In this document: in pieces, positions 24,595 through 33,238 of the stretch
How the letters are laid out: each line of letters begins with the position of its first letter
Position numbering within the stretch: the stretch's first letter is position 1
Source: Elusimicrobia bacterium GWA2_56_46
Lineage (GTDB): Bacteria > Elusimicrobiota > Elusimicrobia > Elusimicrobiales > UBA9959
Length of the DNA stretch: 64,000 bases
NCBI GenBank assembly: GCA_001799575.1
Contig: MGTT01000015.1
Span: forward strand, 76,801-140,800
Direction: 5' to 3'
The notes under the pieces: generated by a model
What the model saw: only the letters and a program-made list of their open reading frames with translations
Told to the model about the DNA's origin: nothing
The model's database searches: none
Program-made: the position numbers and the translations under genes

Positions 24595-25203
24595 AATGAA
24601 TATTGTATAAAAAAGAAGACACCACACCCGCCATGGAAAATTATCCAACGCATGATGAGCCTGAAAACAGGGTAACATCAAGACTTCTGTGTGATTTCCC
24701 GGTGCAGGGTTCGCGGGGCCTGTCAGGGGCCCGGAACGCGGAACCGGCGTCGCGCACACCGTGCGCGCGCCTCCGTTCCTCGGCCTCCGCGCTTCGTATG
24801 CTCAGCCTCCGGACGGTTCCGCTTATCCGGCTCCCCTGCCACCCGCTCCACCGACATCGCCAGAGGGCTTATCCTTCCAAATCATCCTCCAGACGCTCTA
24901 CGGCTTCAGGCGTGATAGAACGCCATGTCCTTGCTTAGGTCTTAAACGCTTTTATTGCCAGACTATAATTCTCAGCATTATGATAAGGTTCTTCGGGGCC
25001 CGTAATTTTCAAATAAAGCCTGCGGCAGGCCCCGCGAACTTACAGCCTGCCGTTACCTCATACTATCAGAAAAGGGAGACCTAGTCACGGAATTCACGAC
25101 GGAATCACTACGAGAGATTTCAGACTCATCCTTGGATTGGAAAATGCTCTGGCATGGCGGCGGGTAGCGATTAATACTCCCTATATGATGGCGTGCTTGT
25201 GAT

Positions 25204-25236
25204 AAAAAGCCCCCGCAAACAAGCCGGGGGCTTTTT
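25204..25236. terminator. bidirectional intrinsic terminator
   Basis: AAAAAGCCCCCG-caaacaagc-CGGGGGCTTTTT, just downstream of the minus-strand gene 25281-25772. Confidence 0.7.
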
Positions 25237-25280
25237 AACATTCCCGATTTTAACTTTTACAATGACAACTTCATGTTTTA

Positions 25281-25772
25281 TTAAATGTCTAATTCACTGG
25301 TCACTGTGATGGCATTAGCGTCTTCCACAACATCCACTTTAAACCCACGCACTCTCCTTTCCTGGGCTTCCTCCAACACATCCGCGCGGGTAAACATTTT
25401 TTTAGGGAACATCTCTATCATGGTCAGTGTCCCAGCCTTTCCACCAGGAAACTTGGTGGTAAGCTCATAACCGTAATCGGTTGCCTTGTACTCCGCAAGT
25501 AAAGCCCCACTTTCCCTTCGCATATCACGTTCAACTATTACATTAACAAGGCCATAGTTCGCGGGGAATCTTTCTATTATGAACAGCGTGCCCTGATTCT
25601 TATCCGCGTCAGCGCTTTTCTTGACCTTAGCCGCGGCGGCGACTGGAAGTATGCCCGCATTCTCAAGCGTAGAAGACGGCGCCTCCAATTTGAGTTCTTT
25701 TATCGCGCTAGCCGCATAAGAATTCCCAAGAACTATTACGCCGAGAACTGCCGCAAAAAATACTTTTTTCAT
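25281..25772 (-). CDS. secreted hypothetical protein
   Basis: Signal peptide MKKVFFAAVLGVIVLGNSYAASA; AGGAGG SD upstream. Confidence 0.6.
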   Translation of the reverse strand: MKKVFFAAVLGVIVLGNSYAASAIKELKLEAPSSTLENAGILPVAAAAKVKKSADADKNQGTLFIIERFPANYGLVNVIVERDMRRESGALLAEYKATDYGYELTTKFPGGKAGTLTMIEMFPKKMFTRADVLEEAQERRVRGFKVDVVEDANAITVTSELDI

Positions 25773-26071
25773 ATTTCCCCATCCTCCTGTATATAATCTG
25801 CAAGTCCAACCTGCTCCTCTTGCAGTGCGGGCAAGTTGCCCATGCTCATCAAACTTCTACATCCACCCGATGGTTATAGTTTAATGGAAACCGTAACTTT
25901 TACCAAGGGCTGAAAGGGGCCAATTTTGCGGGTCTTTGGACCTATGAGTTGTTTTACCAACAGCGGAAGTAAAGTGCTGAGCGGATAATTTCCTGTGGGC
26001 GGGTAAATGTTTTTTTAAAAGTTTATGTATGTGCCGGGGACGTGGTCTGGAACGCTGGAGCGGGTGACGTC

Positions 26072-26256
26072 GGTTTCCCCGGCCGCCCATTTAGGGGCTT
26101 AAATCCGGCAGTCGGAGCGTATCCCTCCGGGACGGTGAGGATGTTCGAGCCCGAAAGCTTTGTCTTTCGGGCGAGTTCCGGAACCGGCGGAGACTGCCGG
26201 ATTTCTTCCCTGTAAGCCCCGATCCCGGGCGGCCGGGGAAACCGGCGGCGCCCGCG
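26072..26256 (-). ncRNA. candidate 6S-like RNA (172-nt hairpin with central bubble)
   Basis: 17-bp perfect closing stem (26072-26088 with 26227-26243). Nested stems GGGGCTTA/TAAGCCCC and CCGGCAGTC/GACTGCCGG, an asymmetric central loop, and the apical hairpin GCCCGAAAG/CTTTCGGGC. Minus-strand promoter TTGAGT-17-TAAAAT at 26291-26263. Confidence 0.35.
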
Positions 26257-26344
26257 AACCTCATTTTACCCGCAGGACACCCTAAACTCAAGCGGCTTCC
26301 GTAGAGAGCGTCTCAATTTTTTGGGGGGTTGCGAAAGTGCGGTT

Positions 26345-28105
26345 TTAGATCACGTTCGTGCGCTGGAACTTGCGGGCGATCTCTGAGGGGGAAATGTAGA
26401 AAAGCGTCGGGCGGCCGTGGGGGCAGTGGAAACTGTCTTTGGTTCCTTTCAGATCCTCTATAAGCCGCAGCGCTTCGGCGGGCTTGATGTAGTCGTGAGC
26501 CTTGACCGACTTCTTGCACGCCATCGTCGCCACCGTATTGCGCTTCAGATCCTCCGAGGCCTTTTCCGGCTCGCCCAGCACTTCCGCCAGATAGCCCAGG
26601 AACCCGCTCAGCGCCTCGGGGGTAAAATAGAACAGCGCCGGCGTGGAGTGCAGCCTGAGCGTCACAGCCCCGAACCTCTCTATCTCAAAACCCGCCTTGT
26701 CCAGCCATTCCTTCCACTTCAAAACCGTCTCGATCTGCGACCTGGGCAGTTCCACCGACACCGGCAGCATCAGCGGCTGGACCTTTATCGCGCCGCTGGA
26801 AAACTCCTCCAGGTACTTCTCGAACAGGATCCTCTCCTGCGCCGCGTGCTGGTCCATCACCAGCAGCCCTCCCCCGGACTCGAACAGAAGATAACTCTTA
26901 GCTATCTGACCCAGATAGGAAATGGGGGGCAGATACCAGTTGGGCGTTTCCCCGTTCTCACCGGAAACCGGTTCAAGGCGAAGTGTTTCCTGGCTGAACA
27001 ACTCCGGCCCCTGCTCCGGGGCTCCGCCGCATTGCGCCGCCCCCGGTTCCGCGGCCCGCGAGGCCCCGCCGGCCGCCGGCCCGCTCAAAGCCACTGAGGC
27101 CGTCTGCTTTTTCAGGATCTCGTTATAAACGGTGCTGGAAAGTTTCTTGAACACTTCGTTCTCGGAAGCGAACTTCACGTCTTTTTTCTGCGGGTGGATG
27201 TTGACGTCGAAATCCGCCGGGTTCAGGTCCAGGAACAGGACGCAGGCCGGGTGCTTGTCGCCGCGCATGGAGTCATAGCCCCGGTACAGCGCCTGCTGTA
27301 TGACGCGGGAAGCCACGGGCCGCTTGTTCACGAAGAAGTGCTGGTTGATCCGCGTAGCCGAGAGCGAATCCGGCTTCGAGATGAGGCCGTAGACGGAAAG
27401 GGCCGGGTTCCGGCCCTCTATTTTTATAAGCCCCTGGTGGATGTTTTTGCCGAAGATCACGCCGGCGCGGTCCTTCAGCGCGGCCCAGAAATCTTCTCCG
27501 CCCGGGGGCATGGAGAAGATCTCCGCCCCGTCCATATTCAGCGTGAAGCCGATGTCGAGATTAGCCAGGGCCGCTTCCTCCACGGTACGGATGAGGTGGG
27601 CGCGCTCGGACGGTTCGCTCCTCATGAACTTGGCGCGCGCCGGGGTGTTGAAAAAAAGATCGGAGACTTCCACCGTGGCGCCTTTCACCGGCGGGGTTTT
27701 GGCCTCGGAAAGCACGCGCCCGCCCTCGCCGGAAATGGAATTACCCGTTTCGGCGCCGGCCTTACAACTGGTGATCGCCAGTTTTGAAACCGCGAAAATG
27801 GAATAAAGAGCTTCGCCGCGAAAGCCGAAAGTGGCGATCTTGTCCAGGTCCTCGAAAGAGCGCAGCTTGCTGGTGGCGTGGCGGCCGACCGAAAGTTTCA
27901 GGTCCTCCAGGTCCATGCCCTTGCCGTCGTCATTCACCCGTATCAGACGCTTGCCGGCTTTTTTTATATCCACGGTTATCCGGGACGCGCCGGCGTCCAC
28001 CGCGTTCTCCAGCAACTCCTTCAGAACGGAAGCGGGGCGCTCGATAACCTCGCCCGCGGCGATCTTGGCTATCACGTCTTCCGGCAGCGTTTGGATTTCG
28101 GACAT
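26345..28105 (-). CDS. mutL: DNA mismatch repair protein MutL
   Basis: GHKL ATPase N-terminus (IAAGEVIERPASVLKELLENAVDAGA). Confidence 0.92.
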   Translation of the reverse strand: MSEIQTLPEDVIAKIAAGEVIERPASVLKELLENAVDAGASRITVDIKKAGKRLIRVNDDGKGMDLEDLKLSVGRHATSKLRSFEDLDKIATFGFRGEALYSIFAVSKLAITSCKAGAETGNSISGEGGRVLSEAKTPPVKGATVEVSDLFFNTPARAKFMRSEPSERAHLIRTVEEAALANLDIGFTLNMDGAEIFSMPPGGEDFWAALKDRAGVIFGKNIHQGLIKIEGRNPALSVYGLISKPDSLSATRINQHFFVNKRPVASRVIQQALYRGYDSMRGDKHPACVLFLDLNPADFDVNIHPQKKDVKFASENEVFKKLSSTVYNEILKKQTASVALSGPAAGGASRAAEPGAAQCGGAPEQGPELFSQETLRLEPVSGENGETPNWYLPPISYLGQIAKSYLLFESGGGLLVMDQHAAQERILFEKYLEEFSSGAIKVQPLMLPVSVELPRSQIETVLKWKEWLDKAGFEIERFGAVTLRLHSTPALFYFTPEALSGFLGYLAEVLGEPEKASEDLKRNTVATMACKKSVKAHDYIKPAEALRLIEDLKGTKDSFHCPHGRPTLFYISPSEIARKFQRTNVI

Positions 28106-28110
28106 TCGTT

Positions 28111-30714
28111 TTATTTAAGCCGTTTTTTCCATTCTATGATGGTATTCAGGGCCTGCAACGGGGACATACCGTCCGGTTCGCAGAGTTTTATTTCGTCCAG
28201 AACGGGATGTCCGGAAAAGATGGGAAGCAGCGGCGTGACATTTTCTTCCGAGTCCGCCACCTCTATATTGCCCTTGGTCTCAAGGACATGGAGGATCTCT
28301 TTTGCGCGCCTGATGGCCGCGTCCGGCAGGCCGGCCAGCTGGGCCACGTGGATGCCGTAGGATTTATCGGCCGGGCCGGGCGAGATCTTGTGCAGAAAAA
28401 CCACTTCGGTCTTGCCGGCGGAGTTCGTCCACTCCTTTACCGATACGTTGCAGTTCTTTATGCCGGGGAATTTTTCCGCGAGCTCGGTCAGTTCGAAATA
28501 ATGGGTGGCGAAGAGAACCTTGGGCCCGCCGGCCGCCTTGTAGAGATATTCGACCACCGCCCAGGCGATGGAAATACCGTCGAAAGTGGAAGTGCCGCGC
28601 CCCACTTCGTCCAGCAGGATCAGGCTTTTAGGCGTGGCCAGGCTTAAAATAGCGGCGGTCTCGCGCATTTCCACCATAAAGGTGGACTCGCCGCGGGACA
28701 GCCTGTCCTGCGCCCCTATCCGGGTCATGATGCGGTCGGTAACGCCGATGGCGGCCGAGCGGGCCGGCACAAAACCGCCCATCTGGGCCATGATGACGAT
28801 CAGCGCGCTCTGGCGCAGGTAAACGCTCTTGCCGCTCATGTTGGGGCCGGTAAGAATTATGATCTGTGGATCCTTGTCTCCGAGATTCAGGTCGTTCGGC
28901 ACGAAAGAGCCGGCCGGCAGATAACGCTCGGCCACGGGATGGCGGCCTTCTTCTATGACCAGTTCGGCCCCGGCGGACATGACGGGGCGCACAAAATCGT
29001 ATTTAAGGGCGCTCTCGGCCAGCGCGTAGAAAACGTCCAGTTCCGCGGCGGCGAGGGCAAAAACCCGGAGCTCCTTTAAATTCGAGAGCAGCAGTTCCCT
29101 GACCTCTCCGAAGAGATGGGCCTCCAGCTTAAGGATCCTTTCTTCCGCGCCCAGGATCTTTGATTCCAGCGTCTTCAGTTCTTCGGTGATGAAGCGTTCC
29201 GCGTTGACCAGGGTCTGTTTGCGCGTGTAGTAATGCGGCACTTTGGGCAGGTGGGGCCTTGTGACTTCCAGATAATAACCGAAAACGGAATTATAGCCGA
29301 CTTTGAGCGAAGGGATCTGGGTCTTTTCTCTTTCTCTCGCCTCTATGTCCGACAGCGTTTTCTGGCTGTTCTTGCGGAGCGCCCGGAGTTCGTCCAGTTC
29401 GGGGCTGTAATTCTCCCTGATGACCCCGCCGTCGGAAAGGCGGGCCGGCGGAACCTCGGCCACGGCCCGGTCCAGGACTTCGCGCAGACCGCCCAGGGGG
29501 AGGGAGACGGACTCCACCCGGCCGGCAAGCTCCGGAACGCATTCAAAAAACCGCGAGGAACTTAAAAGCAGCTTAAGCCGCGCCAGCTGCCCCAAAGCCT
29601 TGCGGACCGCGGCGGCGTCCCTGGGGCCCGCGCTCATATTCACAACGCGGCCCAGCACCCGTTCGATATCCGGTATCCGGGAGAGGAGGTCGGAAAGGCT
29701 TTCCCGGTCCTCGCGGTTCCGGGTAAGAAAAGCGGTGAACTGCTGGCGGGTATTGATCTCGTGCAGTTCCGTCAGCGGCTCAAGGATCCATTTTTTGAGC
29801 ATTCTGGAGCCCATGGAAGTCCTGGCGCAATCCAGCACGCCCCAGAGAGTCCTGGAATCCTCCCCGTATTCGGCGTTCACAAGCTCCAGGGTTTTTATGG
29901 CCGATTCATCCAGCTGCATCCGGTTGGACGGTTCGAAAAAAACCGGGGAAAACGATTCTCTCAGGCCCGGCTGATTTTCTCTTATATAAGCCGCGGCTTT
30001 AAGCGCGGTCTTCAGCGCCAGCTTGTTGTTCTGCCAGACCGCTCCGCGCTGCCAGGCCGCCTCGCTCTCCGCCGCGCTGCGCGCTCCGCGCCCCAAATCC
30101 CCGTTCCATTCGCTCAGAACCGCGCCATCCGAGGCCAGCGCCCGCTTCCTGATCTCGGCGATGACTTTGGCGTCGCCGATGATCTCGGAAGGCGAAATAC
30201 GGGAGAGCAGGGCCGAAAGCTGATAAAAATCCGGGTCATTCAGGTTCTGGGTGGAAAAAAACTCCCCGGTAGAGGCTTCGATATAAGAGAGGCCCCAGCC
30301 CACGATATCTATCGCCACGGCGGCGAGATAGCTGGAAGTACGGGTCTGAAGAAGCTCCTCCTCCACTATGGTGCCGGGGGTTATGAGCCGCACCACTTCG
30401 CGCTTGAAGAGTTTGCTTTTTTTTGTTTCCTCGGATGGGGGCGCCGTCTGCTCGCAAATAGCCACTTTGCGGCCGGCGGCCAGGAGTTTGGAGATATAGC
30501 CGGAAGAAGAGTGGTAAGGAATGCCGCACATCGGCACTCCGCCCCTGGAGGTAAGCACGACGCCCAGAATGGAACTCGCGGCCCTGGCGTCCTCCGCGAA
30601 CATTTCGTAAAAGTCGCCAAGCCGGAAGAAAAGTATGGCGTGCGGATATGAACTTTTGAGCGCCGCGTACTGCTGCATCAAAGGCGTATCGGGAATTTCA
30701 ATGGCTTCTTTCAT
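28111..30714 (-). CDS. mutS: DNA mismatch repair protein MutS
   Basis: TPLMQQY...GDFYEMF mismatch-binding N-terminus, Walker A GPNMSGKS. Confidence 0.93.
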   Translation of the reverse strand: MKEAIEIPDTPLMQQYAALKSSYPHAILFFRLGDFYEMFAEDARAASSILGVVLTSRGGVPMCGIPYHSSSGYISKLLAAGRKVAICEQTAPPSEETKKSKLFKREVVRLITPGTIVEEELLQTRTSSYLAAVAIDIVGWGLSYIEASTGEFFSTQNLNDPDFYQLSALLSRISPSEIIGDAKVIAEIRKRALASDGAVLSEWNGDLGRGARSAAESEAAWQRGAVWQNNKLALKTALKAAAYIRENQPGLRESFSPVFFEPSNRMQLDESAIKTLELVNAEYGEDSRTLWGVLDCARTSMGSRMLKKWILEPLTELHEINTRQQFTAFLTRNREDRESLSDLLSRIPDIERVLGRVVNMSAGPRDAAAVRKALGQLARLKLLLSSSRFFECVPELAGRVESVSLPLGGLREVLDRAVAEVPPARLSDGGVIRENYSPELDELRALRKNSQKTLSDIEAREREKTQIPSLKVGYNSVFGYYLEVTRPHLPKVPHYYTRKQTLVNAERFITEELKTLESKILGAEERILKLEAHLFGEVRELLLSNLKELRVFALAAAELDVFYALAESALKYDFVRPVMSAGAELVIEEGRHPVAERYLPAGSFVPNDLNLGDKDPQIIILTGPNMSGKSVYLRQSALIVIMAQMGGFVPARSAAIGVTDRIMTRIGAQDRLSRGESTFMVEMRETAAILSLATPKSLILLDEVGRGTSTFDGISIAWAVVEYLYKAAGGPKVLFATHYFELTELAEKFPGIKNCNVSVKEWTNSAGKTEVVFLHKISPGPADKSYGIHVAQLAGLPDAAIRRAKEILHVLETKGNIEVADSEENVTPLLPIFSGHPVLDEIKLCEPDGMSPLQALNTIIEWKKRLK

Positions 30715-31691
30715 AGATACTTCGCGTCTCTCATATATTGTAGCAAAAGAGCTTTGGCCTCATTAAGACCGGCGGTTTTCATGAAAGCGCCGCGCAGGGC
30801 GGAGGAATCGGGGAAACCTTTGAGCCAGTAGCCCACCAGTTTCCGGGCGCGCACCACGCCCTGGTCTCCTCCATAGAGGGCCGCGTTGAGTTCCAGAAAA
30901 CGGATGAACAGTTTTATGCGCCGCGCGGGATCCGGCGCGGCCCCGCCGGCCGCGCCTTTCAGGCCCTCCGCTATCTCGCTGAAAACGGAGGGATTTTCCA
31001 CGGCGGCCCGGCCGATAGCGACGCCGGCGCAGCCTGTCCCGAGTATTCTGGCGGCGTCCGCGGCGGTGCGCGCGCCTCCGTTGCCGAATATGGGGATCCT
31101 GACCGCGGCGGCGGTGGCGGCCAGGGCGTCAAAATCCACCGGCCCGGTGTGGAAACTGGAGGCCGGGCGCCCGTGCAGAGTGATGGCCGAGCCCCCGGCG
31201 CTTTCTATCACGAGGGCCAGGCGCGGGCTTATCACCTCGCCGGAAACGAGCCCGCAGCGGATCTTGACGGTAACCGGCACGCTCACGGCTTTGACGGTTT
31301 TTTTCACTATAGCGTCCAGGATAAGCGGCTCTTTCATCAGCGCCGCGCCGGCGCCGGAACGCAGCACTTTTTTTACCGGGCAGCCGGCGTTTATGTCTAT
31401 GATGTCGGCGCCCAGTTCTTCGGCGAGTTTAGCGGCCCTGGCCATGCTCCCGGGATCCGCGCCGAAGAGCTGCATCGCGATCGGATGTTCGGAAGGATAT
31501 ATTTCAAGAAGTTTGAGCGATTTTTTGTTCCCGTACCTTATACTTTCCGCGGAAACCATCTCGCTCACCACGAGGCCCGCGCCGCCCTCTATGCAGAGCG
31601 AACGGAAAGCCGCGTTGGTGATACCGGCCATGGGGGCGAGCGCCAGGTTATTCCTGAGCTCCACGGATCCTATTTTTAATTTTCTTATCAC
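30711..31691 (-). CDS. dus: tRNA-dihydrouridine synthase
   Basis: LAPMAGITNAAFR, DINAGCP motifs. Confidence 0.85.
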   Translation of the reverse strand: MIRKLKIGSVELRNNLALAPMAGITNAAFRSLCIEGGAGLVVSEMVSAESIRYGNKKSLKLLEIYPSEHPIAMQLFGADPGSMARAAKLAEELGADIIDINAGCPVKKVLRSGAGAALMKEPLILDAIVKKTVKAVSVPVTVKIRCGLVSGEVISPRLALVIESAGGSAITLHGRPASSFHTGPVDFDALAATAAAVRIPIFGNGGARTAADAARILGTGCAGVAIGRAAVENPSVFSEIAEGLKGAAGGAAPDPARRIKLFIRFLELNAALYGGDQGVVRARKLVGYWLKGFPDSSALRGAFMKTAGLNEAKALLLQYMRDAKYL

Positions 31692-32395
31692 GGTTTAGCG
31701 GCGTAATTGCCGTCGTGCCCGGTGGAAAAATCGCGCGGCCCGCGCTTTTCCACCTCCCTGACTTCGGAGCGGGAGGCCCCGGTCATTGACAGGACTTTGG
31801 CCTGGAATTCGGAAGCCTTCCGTTCCGCGTCCAGCATGGCGGCAAGGCCGGTGAACTCTAACGCCATCGGGTTAGCCTCCACCCGCAGCGGTTTTTCGGT
31901 CCCGGGCGGCGGCGGGGTGAAATTCTTTTTTTTCACGGAAGCGAATTTCAGGTATGAATGGAAAGCCTGATGGGCGATGATGCCGGCCAGCCAGGGGAGC
32001 GACCGCGAAGCGTGCGCGCCGGAAACGGCGGCTACAGGCTGGCCGACGTCCGGATAAAAGCCGGTTTTATCCTCGCTGCGGACGATATAAATATATTTTT
32101 TGATAAAAAGGAAAGTGTCCCGGTCGGCCATCCAGATAAGCTTCAAAGCGCCCGTAACCCGCCCCCTGAACTCCGGCGAACCCTGGATCTGAAGCGCGGA
32201 AACGGCTTCAGCCGCGTCCCGCGCCGGCGCGGCCTCCTCCGCGGCGGGGAAAACGGGCGCGTTCTCCGCCGGAAGCTCTTTTACCGCGTATTCTTCCGTC
32301 CCGCGCCCACGAACGTACCAGAAGACGCCGGCCGTCAGGGCCGCAAGCGGCAGGAGCGCGAGAAGCCTGCGGGTCCGGAAAAAATCAGGCTCCAC
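31688..32395 (-). CDS. membrane-anchored hypothetical protein
   Basis: Start set at the GTG 1 nt after the upstream stop (VEPDFFRTRR, then a TM segment); no recognisable domain. Confidence 0.45.
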   Translation of the reverse strand: MEPDFFRTRRLLALLPLAALTAGVFWYVRGRGTEEYAVKELPAENAPVFPAAEEAAPARDAAEAVSALQIQGSPEFRGRVTGALKLIWMADRDTFLFIKKYIYIVRSEDKTGFYPDVGQPVAAVSGAHASRSLPWLAGIIAHQAFHSYLKFASVKKKNFTPPPPGTEKPLRVEANPMALEFTGLAAMLDAERKASEFQAKVLSMTGASRSEVREVEKRGPRDFSTGHDGNYAAKP

Positions 32396-32396
32396 T

Positions 32397-32798
32397 TTAT
32401 TTGAACGCTTTGACGTAAGATTTGTAGAACGCCTGCAGTTCGCCGTCCGGATTCTGGAATTCAAGGAGATGTTTTTTGCAGCCGCGCCGGGAACAGATCT
32501 GCACCTGGCCGCCCTCTTTCAGATCAAAGGCGACCATCTGCGCTCCGCAGACGTCGCATTTCCTGGTGCTTTTAAGATCGGCCTTGCACTTGGGGCAGCG
32601 GAACCCCGCTATCTTGCCGATCGGCACGCCGACGGAGGTGTCTACCAGATAGCTGCCGTAGGCCGAACTCATATAGAGCGGCGCGTTCTTGCCGGCGTAG
32701 GAGAGATGGACCAGGATGGAGGCCGTATTATCCAGCTTCTTTTTTGGTTCCATCAAAGATTTACCGCAATGCGGGCATTTCACTGAAACGCTTATCAT
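32397..32798 (-). CDS. multi-zinc-ribbon protein
   Basis: CPHCG, CPKCK, CDVCG plus a CSRRGC cysteine cluster; start set at MISVSVK. Confidence 0.55.
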   Translation of the reverse strand: MISVSVKCPHCGKSLMEPKKKLDNTASILVHLSYAGKNAPLYMSSAYGSYLVDTSVGVPIGKIAGFRCPKCKADLKSTRKCDVCGAQMVAFDLKEGGQVQICSRRGCKKHLLEFQNPDGELQAFYKSYVKAFK

Positions 32799-32944
32799 AA
32801 TAGCCTCCAAACCCGGTATATATGCGGCCGGCAGCCGGCCGGCGGATATTGCAACCGGCATATATAATATCAAATTATCTTATGGTGATACGGCTCCCTG
32901 CTGTCATCACTTTTTCATCCCTCAGCCTTCATCCTTCATCCCTC

Positions 32945-33218
32945 CTAGTGCTCTGACCGGATAATACGCGGCGTTTTGAAGGCCCGAGTCTTGGGCGAGT
33001 GCGAGGCGCGACGAATGAGGATAGCGGGCGCCTATCTGAATGAGGAGCAACGAAGCAATCGGCCAAGAGCGGGCCTCCCCCGGGGGGCGCGGCGCTTTTG
33101 ACTTCCGGCGTCGTTGCTCGTCGCTTACATGCCGCAAGGCATGCTCGCTCCTCGCGCCTAGCCGGAAGTCAAAATCGCCGCGTCATAAACGCCGCGTATT
33201 ATCCGGTCAGAGCACTAG
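32945..33218. repeat. 274-bp element with perfect 31-bp terminal inverted repeats (MITE-like / long branched hairpin)
   Basis: CTAGTGCTCTGACCGGATAATACGCGGCGTT (32945-32975) is the exact reverse complement of 33188-33218; internal second IR GCGGCGCTTTTGACTTCCGGC / GCCGGAAGTCAAAATCGCCGC. Confidence 0.7.
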
Positions 33219-33238
33219 TTCCTCTTGAGGAATTAGGG

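Noticed and set aside
26072-26243. Cobalamin riboswitch (because of GGGAAG...AAATCC-like strings on the minus strand)
   Set aside because: There is no B12 box (GCCACTG) and no downstream transport or cobalamin gene. The overall shape is a simple rod with a central bubble rather than a four-way junction.
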